From sequence record PV636258.1: a DNA stretch of 64,000 bases; one strand, written 5' to 3'. A program made the translations under genes and the position numbers. How positions within the stretch are numbered: the stretch's first letter is position 1; each line of letters opens with the position of its first letter. Below are positions 56,798-64,000 of this stretch, one piece after another. The notes beneath the pieces were generated by a model, which searched no databases, was not told the DNA's origin, and saw only the letters and a program-made list of their open reading frames with translations. The stretch is from a phage.

Positions 56798-57466
56798 TTA
56801 CACCTCCAGACGGTTACAATGAGAAAGCGCGTTATCAATCTGTTCCCGAGACAGATATTCCAACGGGTTGCGAGAATACGCGTCTAACAGCAGCAGTTGG
56901 AGCACAGCGCGATTACGAGTTTCACTCTCCATCATGATACCGTTCATATGTGGTGAACGGGCTGTCCATACAACATACTGACCTAAATCGTCGTTGGCAG
57001 TCAGGCTAATGCGAAACTGATTACACAATTTGTCGATTAACGCATAATCATATGTGAACGTCCCTTCAGTTTTCCAGCTTGATTTCTTCACCTGAAGAGC
57101 TTCACCACGAGTTCTGAATTCTAACGTCACTCCATGAGTTTCATTGTCGAAATGAACAACTCTCTGAGTTTCATTTTTCAGAGTCCGGTTCATATTATAT
57201 GCGAAGAAACGGGCGTCGATCTCCCTATTGCTCATGGAATTAAAATCGATCGGCCAAAAACGAGCGCGCATAATCGCGCCTTCTGGCAATACAATTAGTC
57301 CATTTTCACGGGAGACATAGCAAAGACGTTTAACTGCAGGGTCAGGATGTTCCACACAATAAACGGAAATTCCAGTGGGAAGGATAGCGTGGGCGACAAC
57401 ACCAGATCTTTCAAAATATAAATTACCCTGGTCAGCCCCGATGATAATACGGCTCTTGTTGTTCAT
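56798..57466 (-). CDS. Hypothetical protein
   Basis: 222-aa ORF, ATG start. Confidence 0.45.
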   Translation of the reverse strand: MNNKSRIIIGADQGNLYFERSGVVAHAILPTGISVYCVEHPDPAVKRLCYVSRENGLIVLPEGAIMRARFWPIDFNSMSNREIDARFFAYNMNRTLKNETQRVVHFDNETHGVTLEFRTRGEALQVKKSSWKTEGTFTYDYALIDKLCNQFRISLTANDDLGQYVVWTARSPHMNGIMMESETRNRAVLQLLLLDAYSRNPLEYLSREQIDNALSHCNRLEV

Positions 57467-57487
57467 AATATAGATCTCTCAAATAAA

Positions 57488-57508
57488 GGCGGTTTAATAA
57501 TAACCGCC
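57488..57508 (-). terminator. Stem-loop (GGCGGTT/AACCGCC)
   Basis: 7-bp inverted repeat with AT-rich loop. Confidence 0.4.
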
Positions 57509-57522
57509 CTTGTATTATAGAA

Positions 57523-58314
57523 TTATTTTATATCACCGACATACATGTTCAAACTTTCATCCCATTCTAAACGAACGCGGATGGTTCCGGAATCGTTAGG
57601 GAAAGACAACTTACTAGACATATGTTTGTTGGCATACGTTCCGCTCTTGTTTACAGGATAATCTTTACCTTCACCGATTGCGAATCGTTTGAAGTTCCGA
57701 CTCACCATCATATTAATGTTAGGCCACTGCAATTGTTCCCGTAGGGTTTTGCACAATATAATCTTCCCATTAGACCGGAAAGACACGAATAAATCATTTG
57801 GTGAAGAAAATCGCCTTTCTTGCGGGCATAATTGCCTGATTGAAATAAACTCAGATTCTTCTTTATTCTCAACTGGAGACTTCACGGGTTCTTCTTTTCG
57901 TTTTTCTGCATATTGCTCAACAGCCTTTTGGCTGATAGGCGGCAGATCAATAGAAGGGGAGATGACTGCGGGCTTAACGACTGGTGAAGTACGAGCGACT
58001 CGAAGTTTTTCCTGAGCCTCTAAAATCCTTTCTTGGCGGGTTTTGGGTTTAGTTTCAACCTTAGAGCTGAAATCGCAGACTGTAACCCAATCACCCTGAT
58101 CATTGCGCTTGGCAACCAGAGTCAATTTATAGATGATGCCCTGCAGCTTGCTTTCGCGCATAGTATCTGCGAACCAGAAAGCGCAACCCTGCTCGAACTT
58201 TTCAGCGAAGATGACGCGCCCATCTTCGTGAATCAGAATGACCTTTGCTTTGTTGGGTGCGAACATCTTATTCTTTTCAATGATCGATTCGGCGATCTTT
58301 TTGGTAATAATCAT
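57523..58314 (-). CDS. Hypothetical protein
   Basis: 263 aa from the ATG at 58314 with AAAGGAAA SD. Confidence 0.45.
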   Translation of the reverse strand: MIITKKIAESIIEKNKMFAPNKAKVILIHEDGRVIFAEKFEQGCAFWFADTMRESKLQGIIYKLTLVAKRNDQGDWVTVCDFSSKVETKPKTRQERILEAQEKLRVARTSPVVKPAVISPSIDLPPISQKAVEQYAEKRKEEPVKSPVENKEESEFISIRQLCPQERRFSSPNDLFVSFRSNGKIILCKTLREQLQWPNINMMVSRNFKRFAIGEGKDYPVNKSGTYANKHMSSKLSFPNDSGTIRVRLEWDESLNMYVGDIK

Positions 58315-58364
58315 CACGAAGTATTTCCTTTCAGTTCAATGGAAGTTAAATTTTAACCTGAAAA

Positions 58365-58685
58365 TTATCTTTGATTTCCAACGAAATTAGTTGCAATTTC
58401 ACGGCACATAGTCAGATCTTTAATAGTCTGTTTGCTGTTGTCTGCGGCAGATTCCATCATAGATAAATCAAGCGCATTCTCTATCTGGTCCACACTATAG
58501 AGATCAAGGCGTTTCAATTCACCTTCATAATCAGATAAAAGAATTGATGTATCCTTATCATCCGGATGGAATTGTTGATATGTAGACAACCAAGCAGCAC
58601 AAATATTCAACTTACTGGCCGGAGCTGCCAATACTTGGGAAGACATGAAAGTGCACAGGAATAACAATAAGATTTTGATTTTCAT
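58365..58685 (-). CDS. Small secreted/periplasmic protein
   Basis: 106 aa with N-terminal signal peptide (MKIKILLLFLCTFMSSQVLA); start overlaps the upstream stop. Confidence 0.45.
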   Translation of the reverse strand: MKIKILLLFLCTFMSSQVLAAPASKLNICAAWLSTYQQFHPDDKDTSILLSDYEGELKRLDLYSVDQIENALDLSMMESAADNSKQTIKDLTMCREIATNFVGNQR

Positions 58686-59371
58686 CTTTCGTTCTCCTTC
58701 ATCATATTATCACAGTCAATTCTTGTTTGCTTGAGTTCACGGGAAAGCCTTGGATCATCAAGATTGACAGACAAATTAGTGGAAAGATCTTTCAAACCAT
58801 TCTGAACACGGTCTTCATAATAATGATCATTTTCCACCAGCCATGCTCTCAGGCCAAGGGCGCGAGTCCGCCATTCCTTTTTCAAACGTCGATCAGATTC
58901 TTGATCAGCACTGTATTCAAATACTCGGATACATTGGTTGCCATCATTGATGAGATCCAGCTGACGTCGGCCAACCTGCACACCTTTTTGTAATGCTGGA
59001 GAAGGAAGAGAACGGCACTGTCTTACGGTCATTCGTCCTTGTGTGACCATACGACCAGTCATGATGAGATCGCCAGCCTCCATGCCTCCTCGGTTAAATT
59101 CTTCGTCGTTCATATATCCTTTCAGGTTGAATGCGCCTTGCTTATATCGATTAAACTCGATACCAGCATTTACAACGGCATCTGTGACATTACCTGTGGC
59201 CCAGAGTTCAGCAAAGTTCTCTATGGAACCAGTTTTGTCTATAGCCACGGCTTGGGAGAACCCAGCACAGTAGGAAAGATCAGACCACAGTTTTTCACCT
59301 GTGGAATTCAGCTTGGCTGTGGCAGGAAGTGCCAGACCAGCCAGCACAACCGCGATGATTAAACGTTTCAT
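58682..59371 (-). CDS. Secreted/periplasmic protein
   Basis: From the ATG at 59371 with AAGGAG SD: signal peptide MKRLIIAVVLAGLALPATA; 229 aa. Confidence 0.5.
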   Translation of the reverse strand: MKRLIIAVVLAGLALPATAKLNSTGEKLWSDLSYCAGFSQAVAIDKTGSIENFAELWATGNVTDAVVNAGIEFNRYKQGAFNLKGYMNDEEFNRGGMEAGDLIMTGRMVTQGRMTVRQCRSLPSPALQKGVQVGRRQLDLINDGNQCIRVFEYSADQESDRRLKKEWRTRALGLRAWLVENDHYYEDRVQNGLKDLSTNLSVNLDDPRLSRELKQTRIDCDNMMKENER

Positions 59372-59399
59372 GGTGATTCTCCTTATTTCATTGGATAAA

Positions 59400-59429
59400 A
59401 TGATAGGGCTGTCACCATGTTGAGTAAAG
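59400..59429 (-). promoter_or_regulatory. Sigma70-like early promoter (minus: TTTACT-N18-TATCAT)
   Basis: Read directly upstream of the secreted-protein gene. Confidence 0.35.
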
Positions 59430-59455
59430 GGTTTCAATAAACTATCGTATTCAGA

Positions 59456-59905
59456 TCAGTATCGACTATCACTGACCGTTCTGTATCGCACACCCTGAAA
59501 CTGTTTAGCGAGTTTAACAAATTCCATCGCTGGCAAATCAACTTTGTAGACCTTCATGCGCTGTTTGCCGTCCATGTTCAACGCAGCGACAAATCGGTGA
59601 GAACCGTCAACAACGTAATTGTCAGAAGACACCCAAACTCGACCCATGGGCTTCTTATTTCTGATCTGCTTCATAATCTTCCAGACCTTCATTTTATTGA
59701 TTTCGTTCTGGGTAAGACGAAGCATTTTGATAGGCACTTGCGCAGCATCTATAGACACGCCGTTGTCTTCAAGATATTTGTGAAAATCTTCTTGTTTGTC
59801 GGCATCGATTTGCGGCATCGAAGAACGAGAAAGCCCGAGGTTCCCAACAGGAATCCTCAGGCCATTTATGATATTCATCCAGTCAATAAAGGATGTAAGG
59901 AACAT
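59456..59905 (-). CDS. ParB-like nuclease domain protein (tentative)
   Basis: 149 aa; block VVDGSHRFVAAL resembles the ParB/Srx DG.HR..A motif. Confidence 0.45.
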   Translation of the reverse strand: MFLTSFIDWMNIINGLRIPVGNLGLSRSSMPQIDADKQEDFHKYLEDNGVSIDAAQVPIKMLRLTQNEINKMKVWKIMKQIRNKKPMGRVWVSSDNYVVDGSHRFVAALNMDGKQRMKVYKVDLPAMEFVKLAKQFQGVRYRTVSDSRY

Positions 59906-59942
59906 GACACACCTCGGGATATAGGGTTATCCCTTAGTTAGT

Positions 59943-60221
59943 TCATTCGGACTTAAACAGCAATTCGCGAACAGAAGTCCCAACGATATTCTGGGTGTTC
60001 AACAAACGAGTTAAATCATCCATGTCATATGCTGAATTGGTGATATGACGCAAGATAATCGCCAACATTCCCTCCAGCGCTCTCCGATTGTTATTCTCTT
60101 CAATGTCAAACTTAATTTCAACAAATCGAGATAGCATTCTGGATTGAGCATTTGTTTCGTTGGTTTTGCTCTGTATAATATCTTTGATTTCCGAACGAGC
60201 AATACTTCTTTGATCTGTCAT
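59943..60221 (-). CDS. Hypothetical protein
   Basis: 92-aa ORF, GAAGGAAC SD. Confidence 0.4.
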   Translation of the reverse strand: MTDQRSIARSEIKDIIQSKTNETNAQSRMLSRFVEIKFDIEENNNRRALEGMLAIILRHITNSAYDMDDLTRLLNTQNIVGTSVRELLFKSE

Positions 60222-60245
60222 GATATAGTTCCTTCATTTCAAATG

Positions 60246-60267
60246 GGCGGGGCAAAGATACCCCGCC
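60246..60267 (-). terminator. GC-rich stem-loop (GGCGGGG/CCCCGCC)
   Basis: 7-bp inverted repeat between two minus-strand genes. Confidence 0.4.
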
Positions 60268-60273
60268 GTGGGT

Positions 60274-60780
60274 TTATAGGGTAATAAGTGATACGGTAAA
60301 AACCATCGTCCCATCTGTTGCCATTTTTCTTGAAACTGGGAAGACGCGAGGCTGGCAGAATATCCATTCTTTCTCCATGGACGCCAAGTCCAGCATATCC
60401 ATTTCTGATTCATCGTCTTTGTTCACAAATTTTTCTAGAGAACCAAAGACATTAAGCCCCTCTGGGAGTCCGTTTCGATGTTTGTAACAAATGCGAGCAA
60501 CAGCTCTGGTTCCATACGATTTAGAAAATTGTTTGGCCACATGCTTCAATTCACTGAAGCTGAGACAAGAATCCCATGTCTGGAACATGTCGCCTCGTTC
60601 AAACATCATCTCTAAACGCACAACGTCCTCTTTAGGCAACCCACGATAAAGTGTGGTCATCTGCGGTTCGCGAAATTCTTGCACCAGATCACGGACGACA
60701 GGAGAAACAGTGCCAGGGCGCATAATATGGGACTTATCATGGACGAGGTAAAATAAATCTTGAATTTGTTGATCGGTCAT
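60274..60780 (-). CDS. Possible mono-ADP-ribosyltransferase (R-S-E type, ModA/ModB-like), tentative
   Basis: From the ATG at 60780 (168 aa): ordered candidate triad TLYRGL (Arg), CLSFSEL (S.S), MEKEW (E.E) with ART-like spacing. Confidence 0.35.
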   Translation of the reverse strand: MTDQQIQDLFYLVHDKSHIMRPGTVSPVVRDLVQEFREPQMTTLYRGLPKEDVVRLEMMFERGDMFQTWDSCLSFSELKHVAKQFSKSYGTRAVARICYKHRNGLPEGLNVFGSLEKFVNKDDESEMDMLDLASMEKEWIFCQPRVFPVSRKMATDGTMVFTVSLITL

Positions 60781-60806
60781 GGTGTAGTTCCTGCATTTCA
60801 AATCGA

Positions 60807-60824
60807 CGGGGTAATCATACCCCG
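60807..60824 (-). terminator. GC-rich stem-loop (CGGGGTA/TACCCCG)
   Basis: 7-bp inverted repeat; overlaps the implausible 5' extension of the track ORF. Confidence 0.4.
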
Positions 60825-60839
60825 CCCTAAGTTATAGAA

Positions 60840-61079
60840 TTAACTGACGTGCTTCAGAAGAGCGAAGAGGATCACGGCCTTGGCTTTCACCTTGCCGACG
60901 ATGCCTGTCTCAACATCGACTTCTTCCGCAACCCACTCTTTACCCTTCTTGCTAATGATGACGTCGCGGCGCTGGACGTATACCTCTTTCGTCGCATACA
61001 CACGACGGAACCCTTTAGCGCGGAGCAAGCCCCAATTACGGTCAATCTCCACTGAAGTTTCTACCATTTTGTTCTTCAT
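60840..61079 (-). CDS. Hypothetical protein
   Basis: 79-aa ORF, ATG start, own promoter. Confidence 0.4.
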   Translation of the reverse strand: MKNKMVETSVEIDRNWGLLRAKGFRRVYATKEVYVQRRDVIISKKGKEWVAEEVDVETGIVGKVKAKAVILFALLKHVS

Positions 61080-61130
61080 GATATAATCTTACCTTTCAAC
61101 CTGGTGAACCCATCGTTCGCCAGTTATTGA

Positions 61131-61159
61131 ATAATACGCATTTGCCTTATAGAAGTAAA
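61131..61159 (-). promoter_or_regulatory. Sigma70-like early promoter (minus: GTTTAC-N17-TATTAT)
   Basis: Read directly. Confidence 0.4.
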
Positions 61160-61174
61160 CCCCTAAAAGTAAAA

Positions 61175-61196
61175 ATCCCCAACGTTTGTTGGGGAT
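61175..61196 (-). terminator. Stem-loop (ATCCCCAAC/GTTGGGGAT)
   Basis: 9-bp perfect inverted repeat followed by T-tract on the minus strand. Confidence 0.5.
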
Positions 61197-61202
61197 CTTC
61201 AG

Positions 61203-61520
61203 TTACTTGCGCAGGGCAACGACGAGTTCAGCTAACTCTCCGAGGGTAGGATCATCTCCATGTTTACCCACCCACTCGTCACTAATTTCTACATCGTACT
61301 CTTCTTCGATTTCCATGACCAGCTCAATCATGTCAAGATCGTCACCGCCGAGATCATTCTTAACCCGTAACGGCGCTAAAGCATCGATATTATCATCAAT
61401 GTTATCAAACTTGTCCTTGTGATCCCCGTTGCGCCAAGTTTCCATGTTCAGGTTGTCACAAGCGTACTGAGCCAGAACACGCATTACTTCAACATAAGTT
61501 GGTTTGTTTGACATAAGCAT
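61203..61520 (-). CDS. Acyl-carrier-protein-like protein with Asp at the phosphopantetheine-attachment position
   Basis: LGGDDLDMIELVMEIEEEYDVEISDE aligns with ACP helix II (GADSLDTVELVMALEEEFD); codons GAC GAT CTT GAC confirm D-D-L-D. Confidence 0.5.
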   Translation of the reverse strand: MLMSNKPTYVEVMRVLAQYACDNLNMETWRNGDHKDKFDNIDDNIDALAPLRVKNDLGGDDLDMIELVMEIEEEYDVEISDEWVGKHGDDPTLGELAELVVALRK

Positions 61521-61533
61521 ATCTCAAAATGAA

Positions 61534-61549
61534 GGCGGGTTTCCCCGCC
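61534..61549 (-). terminator. GC-rich stem-loop (GGCGGG/CCCGCC)
   Basis: 6-bp inverted repeat between the vWA gene stop and the ACP-like gene start. Confidence 0.35.
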
Positions 61550-61557
61550 AGTTGAAT

Positions 61558-63774
61558 TTAGATTTTGACTTCTTTTTCAGCCAGTTCGGCAGTGACGGTG
61601 TATTTCACCCCATCAACTTCCACATCCATAGTGGATTCTTCCAAATCCAGGTCGGTAAACCAACCATGGCCTGCAACAATCCCATAAACTACCTTGGACA
61701 GCGTTTTGTTCAGGGCGCGGACTTCGTTGATAGCTGCTTTTGCTGCGTCTCCGATCCAACTTTCGATCAGCTTTTTCTGAGTCTCTTCCGGTACGCTGGT
61801 GATCATCGGTGATTTAACGAATGCATTGTATTCAGCCAGGGCATTAGCGATCAGCTGATCAGCGACATTCAGTTTTTTACCGTCCGTCTGTTTTTTGATA
61901 ACAGACGCGATGCTCGGCAGTGAAGATGCGCCTTTGATTTTCACATTCAATTCACGACTCATATAGACATCGGTTGATTCTACAGAAGAAGTCTTCGGTG
62001 AAAATCCATAGTCGCGAATGCCGTTTGCTGACAGGAAATCAGCCGCTTCTTTGCCATATTTTGAAGCCAGACCAGTAGCGTTGCCTTTGCCAACCAGTTC
62101 ATCACGGTAGAATTTCAGAACTTTCTGTTTTGCCTTCAATGCTTCACGGCGCACATTGTCTGCAAAGAATTCAGCAGCACTGATATTCTTTGTCATGGCG
62201 CGGTTAACCATTGGGACACTTTCCAGATTTACAATGAAGACTTCCGGCCCACCAAACACATGAACACCCATGGCAGTCAAATCCTGTGCCACCTTAGCCC
62301 GAACAATCGGAGAATCTGCAGTGATAGGCATTGTTTTCAGGTTGATGATACCATCCTTGACAATAGTGTAATTACGATAACGCCAGGTTCCCAGCTCTTC
62401 AGGAAGTTCATATTTCTTCTGTACAAACTCAGGCACAACAACCGTTCCGTGTTGAACTGTCTGCACACTGATGTTAGGACGTTCTGAATTATAGACCAAA
62501 TTGCTGATCGGGACAATCCCTTTATCATCTGCTGGATTGAATTCGGGGGTCCAATCTTCGTGCTCGGCCAGTTTGAGCGCCAGGGCTTTACGCTCTTCTT
62601 TAGAAGTCGCATTCGCAATCTCTTCGGCCAACTTGTCTTCGGTGTCATCAACTTTCTGTACAGTACCGCGCCCAATGCTCTTGTAAGAGAATAGCGGATG
62701 CTTGGTGACGATAGAGACATCTGCTTCAGCCAGATACGTCAGAACATCAACAATGGTGGTGGCGTCTTCAGCCGGAACCATATTATAATCGATGCCATCA
62801 ACTCCTCGCAGAGATTCGTCTACGATAGCCTGAGTCAGATCGACTTTGATGTTGGAATAGTCCTGCTTGGTGAAACAGTTGCTGTATTGTTTGATGAAGC
62901 GGACGTCACCCGTCTTCTTCAGCGCGGCCCAGACCAAATCGGCGTCCATGGTGTACACGCCATAGAATGCCAGCACGTATGCCGCCTGGGTGTCTGCCAG
63001 ATTATCCAGCTGGTCGATCATGTTGGGGTTTACAACCCACAGCTGAGAAACGCTTTCAGGGATGCTGACGTGGCCAATAGGGTGCTCTTCATCAGGATGC
63101 ACGGCTAAAACAGTCGCCACACCATTTTCAACATAAATGGCATGGGTGTAAACCAGGGGAACATCGACCACCACTTTCGGTGAAGAAGTTTTCAGCACGT
63201 TTTCCAATTCGGTCTGATATTCATTCTGGCCTTCGGCGAATACGTGGGTCGCACCAGAACGTTCTGCCATTAGCCCCAGCAGTTCGCGATTACAATACCA
63301 ACCGTATTCGATGAAGGTAATGTTATCAAACGCTTTGGGCAGTACTTCAGCGGCATCCAGGATTTCATTAGAACGCCAGCAGTTGTCATATCCGTCGGTC
63401 ATGAATGCCAGGTTATTAACATAACCAGGTTTATTCAGGCTAATGGCAGTTTCCGCAGCCAATTTCAGCGGCTCAACAAAACCAGTACAACCAGAAGGCT
63501 TCAGGAAACGGTCAATTAGATTATTGATCTCACTGAGATCAGTTGCACTGTTAATCTGACGTCCGGCAAATACCGTTCCGAAATCACCGCGAGATGAAAA
63601 GTAAAGGATGCTCACAGTATCTTCCGGTTTCACCAGGGAAGGCAGGTTCTCCTTCAGATGCTTACGGACTTCTGGAAGTGAACGATACATGGAACCGGAG
63701 ATATCCACAACGATTACATGGTTAGACGGCGCGACGGTCGCAACCGCATTCTTAAATGTTAATGATTCAATCAT
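61558..63774 (-). CDS. Large von Willebrand factor A (vWA) domain protein
   Basis: From the ATG at 63774 (738 aa): N-terminal MIDAS-type motif VIVVDISGSM; the track 5' extension is implausible. Confidence 0.55.
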   Translation of the reverse strand: MIESLTFKNAVATVAPSNHVIVVDISGSMYRSLPEVRKHLKENLPSLVKPEDTVSILYFSSRGDFGTVFAGRQINSATDLSEINNLIDRFLKPSGCTGFVEPLKLAAETAISLNKPGYVNNLAFMTDGYDNCWRSNEILDAAEVLPKAFDNITFIEYGWYCNRELLGLMAERSGATHVFAEGQNEYQTELENVLKTSSPKVVVDVPLVYTHAIYVENGVATVLAVHPDEEHPIGHVSIPESVSQLWVVNPNMIDQLDNLADTQAAYVLAFYGVYTMDADLVWAALKKTGDVRFIKQYSNCFTKQDYSNIKVDLTQAIVDESLRGVDGIDYNMVPAEDATTIVDVLTYLAEADVSIVTKHPLFSYKSIGRGTVQKVDDTEDKLAEEIANATSKEERKALALKLAEHEDWTPEFNPADDKGIVPISNLVYNSERPNISVQTVQHGTVVVPEFVQKKYELPEELGTWRYRNYTIVKDGIINLKTMPITADSPIVRAKVAQDLTAMGVHVFGGPEVFIVNLESVPMVNRAMTKNISAAEFFADNVRREALKAKQKVLKFYRDELVGKGNATGLASKYGKEAADFLSANGIRDYGFSPKTSSVESTDVYMSRELNVKIKGASSLPSIASVIKKQTDGKKLNVADQLIANALAEYNAFVKSPMITSVPEETQKKLIESWIGDAAKAAINEVRALNKTLSKVVYGIVAGHGWFTDLDLEESTMDVEVDGVKYTVTAELAEKEVKI

Positions 63775-63943
63775 CGTTTTGACCTTTTTGGGCTTTGGAG
63801 TGTTTGGAGTTCGCGTCGGCGTTCTCCAGCATAGTTTCAATGAAATCCCGGTTGTTTTCCATTTGGGCGACCAGAACATCACTGGGACGGAATGAATTGT
63901 CAAGACAATCAAGTCCGGCGCGTTTTAATTTGTTGTCGGTCAT
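63767..63943 (-). CDS. Small hypothetical protein
   Basis: 58 aa from the ATG at 63943 (track start is TTG); stop overlaps the vWA start. Confidence 0.25.
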   Translation of the reverse strand: MTDNKLKRAGLDCLDNSFRPSDVLVAQMENNRDFIETMLENADANSKHSKAQKGQNDD

Positions 63944-64000
63944 CAGGCTCTCGTGAGTTATATTTCCCAACTATTTCAACATGGGACTATTATATTACGA

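Noticed and set aside
1-64000. CRISPR arrays, rRNA or tRNA genes
   Set aside because: No regularly spaced direct repeats and no rRNA-like stretches. The only T-loop-like string (GATTCGAACC near 7741) lies inside a coding region and lacks complementary stems.

Overview
This window reads as a segment of a T4-like (Tevenvirinae/Straboviridae-type) myovirus genome, not a bacterial chromosome. Most of it (about 7.3-26.6 kb and 30-64 kb) is a densely packed, mostly minus-strand early/middle region encoding DNA replication, recombination and nucleotide metabolism functions with recognisable T4 counterparts: DNA ligase, gp41 helicase, UvsX, gp32 SSB, gp61 primase, gp46/gp47, NrdA/NrdB/NrdC-like, dCMP deaminase, gp1-like dNMP kinase, a gp55-like late sigma factor, RNase HI, PhoH and an endolysin. 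Plus-strand blocks (2.4-7.3 kb, 21.8-22.8 kb, 26.6-30.0 kb) look like late/virion genes, including a gp5-like baseplate spike with a CHAP-type domain and a gp25-like protein. Minus-strand genes are punctuated by a recurring cassette of a GC-rich hairpin followed immediately by a sigma70-like promoter (GTTTAC(T)-N16-18-TATAAT-like). The most interesting candidates are: (1) a nucleotide-modification module with a thymidylate-synthase-fold hydroxymethylase carrying a C-terminal extension, translationally coupled to an extra P-loop kinase; (2) an acyl-carrier-protein look-alike with Asp in place of the phosphopantetheinylated Ser, next to a large vWA-domain protein; (3) an SPFH-like lipoprotein coupled to a small two-TM protein; (4) a phage-encoded HU homologue; (5) a 909-aa early protein of unknown function. 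All calls rest on reading the sequence and on motifs recalled from memory; no database search was run. No CRISPR arrays, rRNA or tRNA genes were found.
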